64,000 nt of DNA, taken from the NCBI RefSeq assembly GCF_018977255.1, contig NW_024704742.1, forward strand, positions 124,994,001-125,058,000. The letters are read 5' to 3'. Below, piece by piece: positions 23,968-36,693 of this stretch (the stretch's first letter is position 1; the number at the start of each line of letters is the position of its first letter). Made by a program: the position numbers and the translations under genes. The notes beneath the pieces were generated by a model. That model had not been told where the DNA came from. It worked only from the letters and a program-made list of their open reading frames with translations, and ran no database searches. Origin of the DNA: Callorhinchus milii (Eukaryota).

Positions 23968-25358
23968 ACAACAACAACAACTTGCACTTATATAGTGCCC
24001 TCCATTGCAGGGTAGCATCTCAGAGAGCTTAACAGTGGCGGAGCCTGACTCCAGCCAGGGTGGGGAGTTGTGGGGGGCGGTGGCCATAAGCACGGTCAAA
24101 GAGGAAGGTTTTCAGGCCAGACTTGAAAAAGGGGAGAGAGGGGGCAAGGCAGAGGGATTGAAGGAGAGTGCTCCAGAGTTTCGGGGCTGAAAGCGCGACC
24201 TCCGATGGTGAGGTGGAGGATGAGAAATACGAGCAGGAGGTCGGAGTCAGTCGAGCGGAGGTGCCAGGTGGTAGAATGGGCAGTGAGGAGGTTGGAGAGT
24301 GAGTGAACAGATTTGAACATGAGTGTGAAGATCTTGAAGTCGATCCATTTGGTGATGGGGAGCCAGTGGAGTTTGGCCAGAACTGGTGAGAGGTGGGTAC
24401 AGAGTTTAGTCCGGGTAAGTATGAGGGTGGCAGAGTTCTGAATTAGCTGGATCTTTTGCATAGTAGAGCTAGGGAGCCCGGCGAGGGGTGCGTTTGAATA
24501 ATCCAGGTGGGAGGTGACAAACTCATGCACGAGGGTTTTAGCTGCATTTAGGATAAGGTACGGTCGGAGGTGAGCAATGTGGCAGAGGTGGAGGAAGGCA
24601 GTCCCGGTCAGTGACCATATATGGTGCAGGAAGGACAGCTGGGGTGGAACCAGACTCCTAGATTGCTCACTGGTTCGGTGAGTGTGGGGGAGAGCCCAGG
24701 GAGGTTGAGGAGTTCAGATCTGCAGGAGTGAAGACGTTGGCGGGAGCCAAAGAGTATGGCTTCCGTCTTGTCCACATTCAGCTGCAGGAAGTTTGCACTC
24801 ATCCAGGCCTTGACGTCTACCAGACAGGCTGATAGAACATTGGTGGACCTAGAGTTGGTACTGGTGTGTCATCTGCACACATGTGGAAGTTTACCCCATG
24901 TCTGCGGATGATATCGCCCAGAAGGAGCATATAGGTAGGAAAAGAAGAGGGTTAATGATGGAGCCCTGGGGTACCACACAGGTGACTAGGTGAGGGCAGG
25001 AGGAGAAACCATTTGCCAAGATGAAATGGAGGCGGTTGATTGAGTAGGATTCAAACCATGTGAGTGCAGGCCCACTTTGGACTTTGGCAAGGAAGGGTAG
25101 GTTGGAAATGGGACAGAAGTGTAAGAGATTTTCAGGGGGAGTGGAACAGAGCCTGAGGAGAGAGATCTTAGTTGGTTGACTGTGTGAGTCAGCAGGGGGG
25201 AGAGGATGGGGAGTTGAATGAGCAGCAGCTGGGTGGGGAGGGGATCGAGGCAGCAGGTGGTGAACTTCATCTGGGTGTTTGAGAGGGAGAAGGGAGAAAT
25301 GGGGACAAAGGAATGTAAGGAGGTGGGAGTGGCAGGAGCCATGAAGGAGGGAGAAGGT
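23968..25358 (-). mobile_element. L2 LINE, 5'-truncated, decayed RT; second tail type
   Basis: ORF pieces NFLQLNVDKTEAILFGSRQ and FVTSHLDYSNAPLAGLP...LHWLPI.KWIDFKI; tail GGGCACTATATAAGTGCAA(GTT)n. Confidence 0.93.
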
Positions 25359-25924
25359 GAATTATATTGAAATAGAATATAATTCTAATTCATAAGAAAC
25401 TTAATTGCATTCTAATTGCATCTATGACAGCTATCACAAGGATTTCAGAGACTTTAAAATCACTACATTTGGAATCTTCTAACATGAGCACAAGAGCAGC
25501 AATAATTCATTATCACTGTGTGGATAATCATTCCGGTTAGCTGTGTTCTGAAATGTGCTCCAGAGAGTTAACCACTGAGTGCTTGTTAACTCAAGTTAAT
25601 TATGGACATTGCAGATGTGTAAAATAACTAGTGGAGAAAGAAGAACTTCCCAGTACCACAAAAAATAAGTGCAAGAGGCCTGCAGAGGATGCCAAAGAAA
25701 ACTTCTCTATGGTGAATAAATATTGACTTGTGTCCCTGGAGCTGTTTTTCTTAGCAACATATTCAGCAGTGTTGTCTTGGCAATTGTGATTTTTTTCAAT
25801 ATTCTAGCATTTAACACTTTTTTTTACTATAAATACTCAAGGGATGTAAATTGCGAAATTCATTAAAGGGTTTGCAAATACCACAACAAAAACTTATAGC
25901 ATTTATAGGTTGTCATTTATTGGT

Positions 25925-26115
25925 GGAGTTTGACCCTGAGCCGGAGGGAAAGCATAGGTATGGTCGAGGGGGAGTATTCAGGTGCGATTTGAGGGTTGGA
26001 TAAAGAGAGGTTGAAGCAGAGAGATTGAGGCAGGGAGTTCCAGAGATTTGAGGCATAATGGCTGAAAACACGGCTACTGATGGTGGAGTGGAGGTGTCGG
26101 GGGATGTGAAAGAAA
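25925..26115 (-). mobile_element. Decayed L2 3' fragment
   Basis: HIPRHLHSTISSRVFSHYASNLWNSLPQSL. Confidence 0.72.
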
Positions 26116-26789
26116 CCACATCCCACATGTGTGATGGTTGACCTTCCAGAATACCATCGTACATTTCAGTTCTGACTTCCGTGAAGTTAGCTTCAGGTTG
26201 GAATTCCAGTGGATCCACTACAACATTTCTGCAATTTGCCATTTACAAATCATTTGTTCTAATCTATCAATTTAGTCCCTGCATCTATCCTTGTAGAAAT
26301 ATTTGAAAGATCTAATTTTAATTTAATTTACTTTTTATTTATTTTTATCCTACTGTATTCTGCCACCCAGGATTAGCAGGAAATGTATCTTCAAATATTC
26401 ACTGCTCCCACATATTGACATTGCAGGTCAGGGTGAAAAACAGGTAATTTGTGTTGGTGTTCTACTGCTCAGTTTTCCATCTTTTAGGAGGATTGTTCAG
26501 GTTGGTAGGAAACTATTCTTATCTCCTCTGCCTTGGCCTCAGGACACCTGCAGGCACAATCACAACTTGAAGCCAGTGGCGAAAGTAACAAGCAGCACCT
26601 ACCTTAACTAACATTGGAATATTGATTTTATTTCCAGTTCTGCCCCATGGATGACAATGAGATTCTTTTTTCCACCTGGACCAGCAGCGGTGAGCTCATT
26701 ATTTACTGAGGTGGGAAACATGGGGTTACGGCATTTCATGTGTTACTTTAAGAAATACAGGAAACTTCCTATTGTTTTATAATGAAGGA

Positions 26790-27218
26790 CAAACTTCCAC
26801 ATGTATGCGGATGACACACACATCTATCTTGCCTCCTCCAGCATCAACTCCAGGTCCGCCGATGTTCTATCATCTTGTTTGGCAGACATCAAGGCTTGGA
26901 TGAGTGTAAACTTCTTGCAGCTGAATGTGGACAAGACGGAAGCCATACTCCACGACTCTCGTCAATGTATTCACTCCTTGCGGATCTGAACTCCTCAACC
27001 TCCATGACTCTCCCTCAGACTCACCGAACCAGTGCCCAATCTAGGCATCCGGTTCAAGCCCCAGCTGTCCTTTCTCACCCACATCCAGTTGCCTTCTTCC
27101 ACTTCCGTCACATTGCCCATCTCCGACTATACCTTACCCCAAATGCAGCCGAAACCCTCGTGCATGAGTTTGTCATCTACCGCTTGGATTGCTCAAACAC
27201 ACTCCTTGCTGGTCTCAA
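26790..27218 (+). mobile_element. L2 internal RT fragment
   Basis: MYADDTHIYL...NFLQLNVDKTEAIL and LTPNAAETLVHEFVIYRLDCSNTLLAGL, with frameshifts. Confidence 0.9.
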
Positions 27219-27660
27219 CCCTAATGTAGCTCACTACTGCACATGACTTTGGAATGTGTGGAGATCAGGAGCAAAAGATGGGCTTTCTCTGCAGCTTGCC
27301 AAATCAGTCCACAGATCAAAGGAATACTTTTGTTTTGTGCACATTTTCATCTCCCTTTGAAAAAGAAATCAGGATGTGCTGTTATTTGTTTAACTACCTG
27401 ACTTTTTATTGAATGTCAATCAAAATGTCACAGTGTGGTCTTGGCTCTCATCCTCTGTGGTGGATAAAAACACAGAAAACAGATAGATTTTCAGATAAAG
27501 TGTGATCAGATATCATTTGTACCATGCTTGTCTTGAAATTAACCCCTATGTAGAGAAGTCTGGACTGGAAGACAAACTCAAAACAAAATAAGTTACAAAA
27601 CAATTTAAAATGGCAACCTACCTGAAAAGACATTTCTATTATCAGTTTACAGAAGAAGGA

Positions 27661-27787
27661 CTTAGAATCGTAGAATCCTACAGCACAGAAGGAGGCCAAA
27701 GGGTCCATCGTGCCTCCGGAGGCTCTTTGATAGAGCCAGCAAGTAGACCCACTCCCCTGCTCTTTCCCTGTAGCCTTGCAACTTTTC
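27661..27787 (-). mobile_element. CR1 3' tail
   Basis: TAGAATCGTAGAATCCTACAGCACAGAAGGAGGCC...CCCCTGCTCTTTCCCTGTAGCC. Confidence 0.82.
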
Positions 27788-28262
27788 AGTGAAATAATTG
27801 CTGTGAAGGATTCAGAACTGTGAAGCAGACAAAATGAAGCAGATAGAAAGCAGGAACCTGGCTTTGAGAAAACTGAGTGATAACCAAAAGGAAATCTGAC
27901 TGGCACAGCACCCACAAGATTTGACAATCTTTGAGTCAAACCTTTACTTTTACATCATGAACTGTTGTAAACGTTTGGTGTGTATGCTCGACTGAGGACC
28001 CACAAAGAATAATAATAATCCTTAATAATCCTTGCAATTGATATAGCGCTTTTCATGTCTTCTAAACATCTCAAAGTGCTTCACAGAATATACTGTAAAG
28101 TGAGTTGATTGTATATTTGTGGGCGAGTGTCAAAGGATGAGATTCATACATTGCTTCTCTTATTGTCAAAGTTCTTCTGAATGTCATTGTGACCTGAAGC
28201 TCTGTCCCTTGTACATAGCAGTTCAAAAGGTTGTTAAGTTGTGGGTTCAAGCTTGGGAGCAT

Positions 28263-28380
28263 AACCAACAACAACAACTTGCATTTATATAACAATCTTC
28301 ATACAGGTAGCATCTCAGAGCACTTAACAGTATCAGAACTTAAAACTACCAAGCCAGGGAGAAAGGGGAGGTGACCATAG
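28263..28380 (-). mobile_element. L2 tail (second tail type)
   Basis: (CAA)n-CTTGCATTTATAT...GGTAGCATCTCAGAGCACTTAAC, like 23968-24035. Confidence 0.72.
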
Positions 28381-28384
28381 GTCT

Positions 28385-29092
28385 CTGTTCGACACTCAAC
28401 TGTCCTTTCTCCCCCACATCCGTGCCATGAACCACTCTGCCTTCCCCCACCTCCGCAACATGGCCGGACTCCGCCACTGCCTCACCCCTCAGGCTGCCGA
28501 AACTCTCATACATGCCTTCATTACAACCAGGCAAAACTATGCCTACGCCCTGCTTGTCAGCCTTCCCATCTCTTCCCTCCACAAGCTGCAGATCATCCAG
28601 AACTTCATCTCATGTTCTCTCCCACACTCTCTGTGACTTGATCTCATCCACCCTCGCCTGGTTCCACTGATGCCCCATCCCTTAGAGGATCGAGTTCAAA
28701 ATTCTCATACTCACCTTCAAGGCCCTCCATGGCCTTGCCCCCTCCTATCTCTCCAACCTGTCCACTCCCTCTACTCAGCAGGCTCCAGCCTGCTCCATGT
28801 CCCCCACCCAGCCCACCCCATCATCGACGGTTGGGCCTTCAGCCTCTCTACCCCCACCCTCTGGAACTCCTTCCTTCACCTCACTCCCTGCCTTGCCTCC
28901 TTCAAGGCACGCCTCAAGACCCTTCTCTTTGACCATACCTTCGGCCACCCTCCTACCCTCTCTGGCCTCTACCCTCCCTGATCCCAAACCCCCTCCCCCA
29001 CACTCAGGTCCTAATCCTTGAGTGTTCAGCGCCTTGGGACGTCCTCCCGACATGAAAGATATTTTACAAATGCAATTTTATTGTGTTTGTTG
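28385..29092 (+). mobile_element. L2 LINE 3' fragment
   Basis: AFPHLRNMAGLRHCLTPQAAETLIHAFI and LWNSF...FKARLKTLLFD; stem-loop tail AGCGCCTTGGGACGTCCTCCCGACATG. Confidence 0.92.
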
Positions 29093-31269
29093 TATGGTCA
29101 AATAGGAAAGTCTTCAGGTACATTCTAAACATGGGAAAGTAGGAGGCAAGGTGGAAGGATCAGTCAAAAGGTTGTGGCTTCAAGCCTGAAAATGGCACTT
29201 TGAACTCACACTGTCTTGGTTGACATTTGAATCCAGTGTTGGAGATGCATAGAATGTTGCAGGTGCCGTCCTTTGGATTGCAATGAAAAGCTGTCTGCCT
29301 GTTTAGGCTCCTTGAGATGCCCTCCCGACGTGAAAGGCGTTATATCAAATACAAGTGTTTTTCATCTAAATGCAGAGTCAATTATCAGTTGTTGAATCTG
29401 GAGTGTGCCAGCATGCATTAGATTCTAAAAATTCTGTGTGTTTCCAATAACATTCTTTCCAAGTTTTTCCCTGCTCCAATGACCATCAGGATCATTTATG
29501 AATCATGGCTCGAGCTACAGGTATTAGTCTGGCTCAGTTGGCCGCACTCTTGCCTCTGAATCTGAAAATTTGGGATTGATGAGCTATCTTGGGTTTAGAC
29601 TTCACAGTCAAGGGTGACATTACTTTGGAGTGTTAGAGAAACTCGGCAATGTCAGAGATGAGATGTTAAAACAAAGTCCCAACTGTCTGTTGTTCAGGTG
29701 GACTGTCATTTAAATAGTGCCTTGGAGTATTGCCATTCAACTGTTTTACAGAAATAAAATGAATTTCTCAAACTCTTCCCTACCAGGAACTATGAACTCC
29801 ACATTGGTTTCCATCCAACCCATTTAGTTCTCTGAGGGGTGGATCTGTCAGTGTCTCTCTGAGCCTCCTCCCTTCCCACCCTATTTTGAATTGATATTCC
29901 AAAATATCCATCTAAATGTACAAGTCACTGTATTCGTCCCTGATCTGTTGTCTTTCTTGGTAATGACAGTTCCAAGGTCCAAGCAGTTCAGGATTTTTAT
30001 CATTTCTACTTACACTTACCAGATACACTCCTAAGCACCTTTTACAAATCACATTAATTGGTCTAGCATTCATTCTTTTTACTGGAGGTTTATTTCACAG
30101 TTATTCCACAACTCTGAAAAAAAGTCTTATATTTCAGGCATCATTGGATACAAGTTCATTTTATATTAATTTGCTCCAGCACTGCTCCCAATCCATTGTG
30201 AATCACTTTTGTCCATCTGTATTTCTCTCAGCATTGAAGTCAACAATCTTATTCCCTCGCCAACCTTTCTTCTCCAATGAAACTACATTCATTTTTGTGA
30301 GTCAATTAACATAATTTGGAGCTCTAAATGTGTGAGAATCATGAAGGGCACGAGGGAGATAGAGGGAAGGAGGTAAGGATGATTGTAGAGAAATAAGAAT
30401 AATCCTTCCATTTCTCTCTCTCTCTCTCTTTCTTTGATATTGGATACACCTACATATTTGTCTTTTAAATGCATATGACACTGTGCCAGCAAAATAGACA
30501 AAACTCTGGATACAGGATATTCAAGTCACAAGTTGTATTCCCACATCAAAACATCCTGTTTAGGTTACAAAACTAATCCTATCCACCATATGTTTCTATA
30601 GAAGTGACACCATTCAAATACTTTGGATTAGGCTGCACTTTATGCGCTGTCCATACCGAGTAATGCAAAGACATTATTTCCAGCTTGCCATAAAATCAGA
30701 GACATTGTAGCACAGAAGAAGGCCATTCAATCTATCATGCTTCTGGCATTGAACCAAGTGAGAGTCTAAGAGAAAGTCTAGCCTTACCCTTTCCAACACT
30801 GATAATATAATTACAAATCCCAGAATATCAATGGGCTTAAAATATTAACCATTAAACAGATCTAAGCTATATGAGGTGTCTACACGATCTCCTGAACACC
30901 AAAGCAGCTTAGAAATCAGCTTTGTATTATTATTGTTTATACCACGCATTAACTAAGCTAAGGCAATTTGACAAGGCTGTTTGGAAATACTGTACCTAAT
31001 GTTCAATGGCAAAGACCCCCTAGCAAAATGACCATTGATGTTTCCTCTTTTGTCATGCCTAAATGCTGACATTTATTGATCTTGCAAACAAACCTGTTGT
31101 AGGATGATACTTTTTCCAGCTGCACCGTTTACCATGTTTTGTAGTAGCAGCTTGCAACTCCTGCCGAGGGTGGTGCAAATAGTTCCAATATTATGTAAAT
31201 ATTCACACATTGTACCATTTACATTTCAGCTAAAGTTTAAATACTTTGCACAAATCAATGCATTTTCCA

Positions 31270-31590
31270 GGTGCCAGCCTGGCTCAGTGGGAAACACGCT
31301 CACCTCTGAGACAGAAAGCAATGGGTTTGAAAACTCATGTCAGGACTTTGAGCTCATAGTCTAGGCTGACATTGCAAAAGAGAAGGGAATTTCTCCAGGT
31401 GATCAATAATCCAATAAATAAATTGATCATACATTTCATGGCTGTTTTGGGGCCATTTTTGTGCATAAATTGGCTGCTGCATTCCCCTACAATATGCAGT
31501 CACTACACTTTGCAGCAATACCTGTGAAGTGCTTCTGATATTTTGATATTATAGACACTACATAAATTGCAAGGATTATTTTTATTATTA
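31270..31590 (+). mobile_element. Old DeuSINE with internal deletion
   Basis: Head GTGCCAGCCTGGCTCAGTGG, GAGCTCATAGTCTAGGCTGAC, core GTGCATAAATTGGCTGCTGC, GCAAGGATTATT tail. Confidence 0.75.
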
Positions 31591-31837
31591 TTGGCTAAAA
31601 GCTTATATGCCTGTGCCATCAAAATAATAATAATCCTTGTATTTGATATGGCGCCTTTGACGTTGAATGGATGTGGCTTGCCTGTAAAATGCATTAACTG
31701 TATTTCATAGGCGAATGTTGTGGGTCCAGAGAATGCATGACATTTCCTAGAATTCAGGTGGAGGAAGTGAGCTTCTGTGCAATTGATCAAAGAAGGGTTC
31801 TCCTTTCTTGCAATCATTACAACAAAAAGTTACTTTA

Positions 31838-32062
31838 TTTTAGTACTTTTCACATTGGAAGGATAACACAAAGTGCTTTCCATATCCGACTGAGAGCCCA
31901 AGTTTGTGTGTGTGTGTGGGTGGGGGTGCTGAGGAGGGGAGGGGATAGTTAGGTGAATACATGGAAGGATTTCAAAGTCAGGACAAAAAATCAGTGGAGC
32001 CAGTGGAGCCGGATGAGGATAGGAGATGGGCTCACACTGCCTGGTGTGGGTGAGGATCAAGA
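31838..32062 (-). mobile_element. Decayed L2 3' fragment
   Basis: Tail-like TAGTACTTTTCACATTGGAAGGA and GGAGCCAGTGGAGCCGG (LHWLP on the minus strand). Confidence 0.55.
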
Positions 32063-33457
32063 TATATTTTTATAGTTAAATCACATAATCTGAATTTTTA
32101 TGTTGCAATAATCTGATTGCTCATCCTGCAGCTGGCGTAAACTGAGAATTGCTCACATGTTTATTGCCAAAGGTAATAAAAGCAAACACCAAAAGGACGG
32201 GTGCTTAGTTCCTATTTTACGTCAAGCCTGATACAAGGTCATGCGTAATCCAATTATTTAAATAAGGTAAAAAGTATCGAGAGCACCATATGAATCAGGT
32301 TGAGTCATGTTCTTCCAAAGGTCTTCCATCTATTGTGTAATTCAGACTGGAAATTTCCATTAGGCACCTTCCATCTAAACCGTGGTTCGAAAGCTTGTGA
32401 TAAAGTGATGAGAGAAGCCAGTCAACTCAGGTTAAAGAGTTCGCTCACTGCCCTGATCAATGATATTGGAGGTTTAACCACATGATCACAAATTGCATCC
32501 TGAAAGCTAATGGTCCAGGAAGGAAAGGTTATAAACTGTCATTGGAAATATATATAGGAAAGCCGTGGCAAAGAACAAATACACATGAGGTGAACCTCTT
32601 CAATATCTCTAGAATTGAACAAAAGATTGTTTTGCATCAACGCATTAACCACATAATTTTAAAATCAGAAAGCAGTATGGATGATTCTAAACGCATATTT
32701 GAGGTTATTATAACATGCAATGTAAAGCAAACATCTAAAGTCACTATAATATTACCTTTTACAGTCCTTTAAAACACAATGACAATTTAAGATTGTTGTG
32801 CCTTAAAACTTAAGATTGTTCAGAATTGTGGAAAATTCTTCAATATAGTTTTAATTTGGAAGCCAGCTATTCCACTGTGCAATTCAATACTTTGTGAGTC
32901 AGATCTGGCTACAACTTAAACTGCCTTGAGGACAAACTGAATACACACAAAACGGCGAAGTGCGTAGGAAAATTAGTTCAGAAGTGAATTCATAGGGATT
33001 TTAAATCTACGATGCCAATGAAAGTCAGAATAGGTATGCAGTACGTGCCTATTGTATGGAGTTGCAAGTCCTCAAGTCAGGTCCTTACTCGTTCTGCCTT
33101 CTCCACCTTAAAATCATTGAAACTCGAAGAATGTTTTGCTAATATGTGCGCAGGCCTGACTAAATATTCCCGCACATAGTCTGGAATGTGATATTGGCCT
33201 TTGTCTGTGACATGCACCTCAGTATATGATTTGAGTTACACTGTGGCTTTGAGGAACAAACCCTACATTCCTACAAGCATGATCGTGCAACTTTGTAGCA
33301 TGATGTAGAATATAGGATCAGAACCCAGATTAACAAAATGGTGTGAGAAAAATGCACGATATGAGGTGCTCCTACTTGACTACCTTAGATTTCATTTGAG
33401 CAAAAGATCCTTTGCTTCAGATCAACAATTGTAAATTGAAATCAGAAGTCATAGCTG

Positions 33458-33618
33458 ACAACCCTCCTCTTCGACCATGCCACTGGTCACCCCCCTTCCC
33501 CTCCCCTCCCTTCTCCCCCTTGACCCCAGCTTGGGTCTGAAATGCTGTACACTGTCCAGCACCTTGGGACATCCTCCCGATGTGAAAGGCGCTATACAAT
33601 TATAATCTTGTTGTTGCT
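33458..33618 (+). mobile_element. L2 3' end
   Basis: CTCTTCGACCATGCC, C-rich UTR, CAGCACCTTGGGACATCCTCCCGATGTGAAAGGCGCT, (GTT)n. Confidence 0.82.
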
Positions 33619-34422
33619 GTAATTTTAATTGGGCACAGAGAAATTTAAATAAGAGTTTCTTAAAAGAACTTCCAGAAAAACAGCTTCAAATTTAGGATTG
33701 CATTTAAGAATTTGACAGATTCTGTGCACTCTGAAAATGTTACTTTAATATAGTAAATCTGTGAATTTTTCACAATAGTTTACAGTATCCATCTGTGCAG
33801 GCAACAGAGAAAAAGAGCCGAGGGAAGGTTATGAGCCGAGGTTGTGTTGATTTGATGCACTTGGAGGGCCGTTGATTTGATTATGAATCCTGCTCATTTC
33901 TCCCACAAAGCATATAGTCAATTCACTACTGTATATTCTATGAAGTGCTTTGAGACATCTCGAAGATGTGGTAAGGCGCTATATCAAATTCAAATATTAT
34001 TATTATTTATTATTTGAAACACCTCCAGGGGTGGGTTTAAAATCACATCTGAATGGCTACTGTTTTATTTCAGGGTTACTGCACGTGGCAAAAAAAATTA
34101 ATTCAAAATTACTGCCAGGTTGGTCTGTTTCACTGGCCCTTAAGGGTTTTAATATTATTTGAGAGACAGATGTATCTCTGGCTCCTTGATGATTTTAAAT
34201 TTATGGCTTTCAATCCAGTGCAAGTTTCAGCTGGACGTGCTCCACTTTCAAAGTGAATTCTGTGTTGATTTTATTTTTCATTAACCATAATGCCACTGCA
34301 TTATAGACCAGGACTATAAGCTTTCAGCACAGACAAAGATTTTGTCGTAACTCTTAACTTACAACCCTGCATTAAGCCTTACCTCTTTGACAGTGTTATC
34401 ACTGATTTCCCCCTCCCGTTCT

Positions 34423-34761
34423 TAATAATAATAATAATCTTTGCATTTGATATAGTGCTTTTCACGTCGGGAGGACGTCCCAAAGCGCTTCACAGAATAC
34501 ACTGTAAAGTGAATTGACTGTATATTTGTGGGCGAACGCGGCAGCCAATTGCGCACAGCAATGTCCCACAAACAGTCGTAGATTGAAAATGACCAATTTA
34601 TTATTGTTTTGGTTTTTTTTTTTGGAGTGTAGAGTAAGGAAATAACAAGATTATTAGGCGTGTAGAGTAAGGAAACTTGCCCAAGGTTTCGCCCTGCCTG
34701 GAATTGAACTCAGGTCTCTCGCTTGCAAAGCGAGTGCTCTAACCACTGAGCTACAGGACTC
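34423..34761 (-). mobile_element. tRNA(Ala)-derived SINE, short young subfamily, with a 16-bp internal duplication
   Basis: Reverse complement of 5209-5535; GTGTAGAGTAAGGAAA occurs twice (about 34627 and 34660). Confidence 0.95.
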
Positions 34762-35701
34762 TTCCTCTCCCTTCTTCCCCCCCCCCCCACCCCATAGTAA
34801 AAATGTAATTTGTTCTGCATTGTGTAATACCGAGGATTGATATTGAAACTCTGCAATGTAATGCTGTGAGCTGGTAGCTGGTCAACATGATTAATAAAGA
34901 TGTATAATTTTACTACACCCAATGATAAACCTGTGGCGAATAACGACAGTGACAATTTACATTTTTATAGCAGCTTTCACATTGGGAGAATGTCTCCAAG
35001 TGCTTCGCAGAGCTGTCTTGGAGCACAAGCAGGTGGGAGGAAGAAGTGTGGTGCTGGGAAGGGGAGGAGAGTGCCTGAAATGTGAATGAATCTATTACAA
35101 TGAAAAAAAATGTTAAAAACTCGCCTTTATTACATACCTACCAAGGTTAAACATCATTTTTACTTGTCAACACGAGCAGACAAATGATCTCTGAAGGTTA
35201 ATTGTTTCTTAATTAGAACTTAGTGATGGCTGTTGCTCACCATCCTTTATTCCTTAGATACTAATGGGTGATATCACTTACAAAGGGTAAAGTTATGGAA
35301 TTCAGCCTTAAGAGTGTTTTGGTGCTACTGGCAGTAGCTGTTGAAATACGTAATCCAATGTGTGTGTGTGTGGGAGAGGGGGGGCACAAGTGATTGAGAT
35401 ACTCTTCTACAGGACATGCAAATATAATTCATCACTCATTTCAACTTCACGTTCTCTTTTCCTTCTCTTCTACATCAACTATTTCTTTTAAACTCTCAAT
35501 TTGCTGGGTGGTAATGTTTCTTCACTCCCTTGGGGATGTCATTTGGCAGAGGGCCCAGGCATGTTTTTGTGAAAGGATACAATTAAAAATATACAGCAGC
35601 AACTGTTATTTTAAGCATGCGAAGACCTCACCAAAGCACTGTTTCCGTTGATGAAGGACTCCCCTGAAATAAATCATAAAAATAATACAATCCTTGCATT
35701 T

Positions 35702-36693
35702 ATGGAGTCCTGTAGCATAACGGTTAGCATGCTCACCTCACAAGAAAGAGGATCCGCGTTCGATTCCCGTGTGGGGCAAAACCTTAGGCAGTTTTCCTTA
35801 CTCCAGATGCCTCTGTTTATCTAGCAGTGAATCGGAACCTGGTTGTTAGTCAATTGGTTGCTCGTTTCCCTGGGGTAATAATCCCTCCCCATACCATCTC
35901 CCCCCAAAAAGATTTGGTCACTCAATCCATGATTGTTTGTGGGATACTTGTTTGACTCTCAACTATCCTTTCTACCCCACATCCGTGCCACATCCCACTC
36001 GTGCCATGTATCATGTTCTAGGCTTGACTGCAAACTCCCTGCTTGTCAGCCTCCCCAACCCCTCCCTCCGTAGGCTGTAGATCATCCAGAACTCTGCAGC
36101 CCATGTCCTCTCCCGCACCAGGCTCCGTGACCCTATCACCCCCATCCTCGCCTGACTCCACTGGCTTCTCATCACACAGAGGATACAGTTCAAGATCCTG
36201 GTCCTCACCTTCAAAGCCCTCCATGGCCTTGTTTCCCCCCTACCTCTGCGACCTCCTAACCCCCTACCAACCTGTCCGCTTCTCCGCTTGGTGGCTTCAA
36301 CCACTTTGCACCACCCTCTGGAATTCCATTCCGCAGTACCGCCGCCTTGACCCGTTCCTTGCCTCCTTCAAGACCTGTTTCAAGACCCTCCTCTTCGACT
36401 GTGCCTTCCATCACCCTCCTCCCTCCCTGTCCTCCACCCTCCCCAATCCCGAACCCCAGCTTGGGTTCAAAACATTGATTGTCCAGCACCTTGGGACATC
36501 CTCGCAACATGAAAGACACTATTACAAATGTAATTTTGTTGTTGTTGTTGCACTGCAGTGCGCAATTAGCTACCGCGTTTCGCCCACAAAATACACAGTC
36601 AATCCACTTTACAATATATTCAGTGAAGCGCTTTGCGATGTCTCAACAATGTGGTAAGACTCTATATTAAATGCAAGGATTATTATTATTATT
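35702..36693 (+). mobile_element. tRNA-derived SINE, long subfamily, split by an L2
   Basis: Head to ...TTTGTGGGATACT (about 35948), resumes CACTGCAGTGCGCAATTAGCT at 36551, ends in (ATT)n. Confidence 0.88.
35950..36549 (+). mobile_element. L2 3' fragment inserted in a SINE
   Basis: PPYLCDLLTPY...LWNSIPQY...FKTCFKTLLFD, stem-loop and (GTT)n tail. Confidence 0.9.

Noticed and set aside
35647..35672. Second hammerhead-like string TTGATGA-AGG(ACTCC)CCT-GAAA
   Set aside because: First core base is not C and no plausible stems I or III
36043..36657. Pro/Ser-rich or Gly/Glu-rich ORFs here and at 28670-29053 and 55239-56094
   Set aside because: Alternative or antisense frames of C-rich L2 sequence
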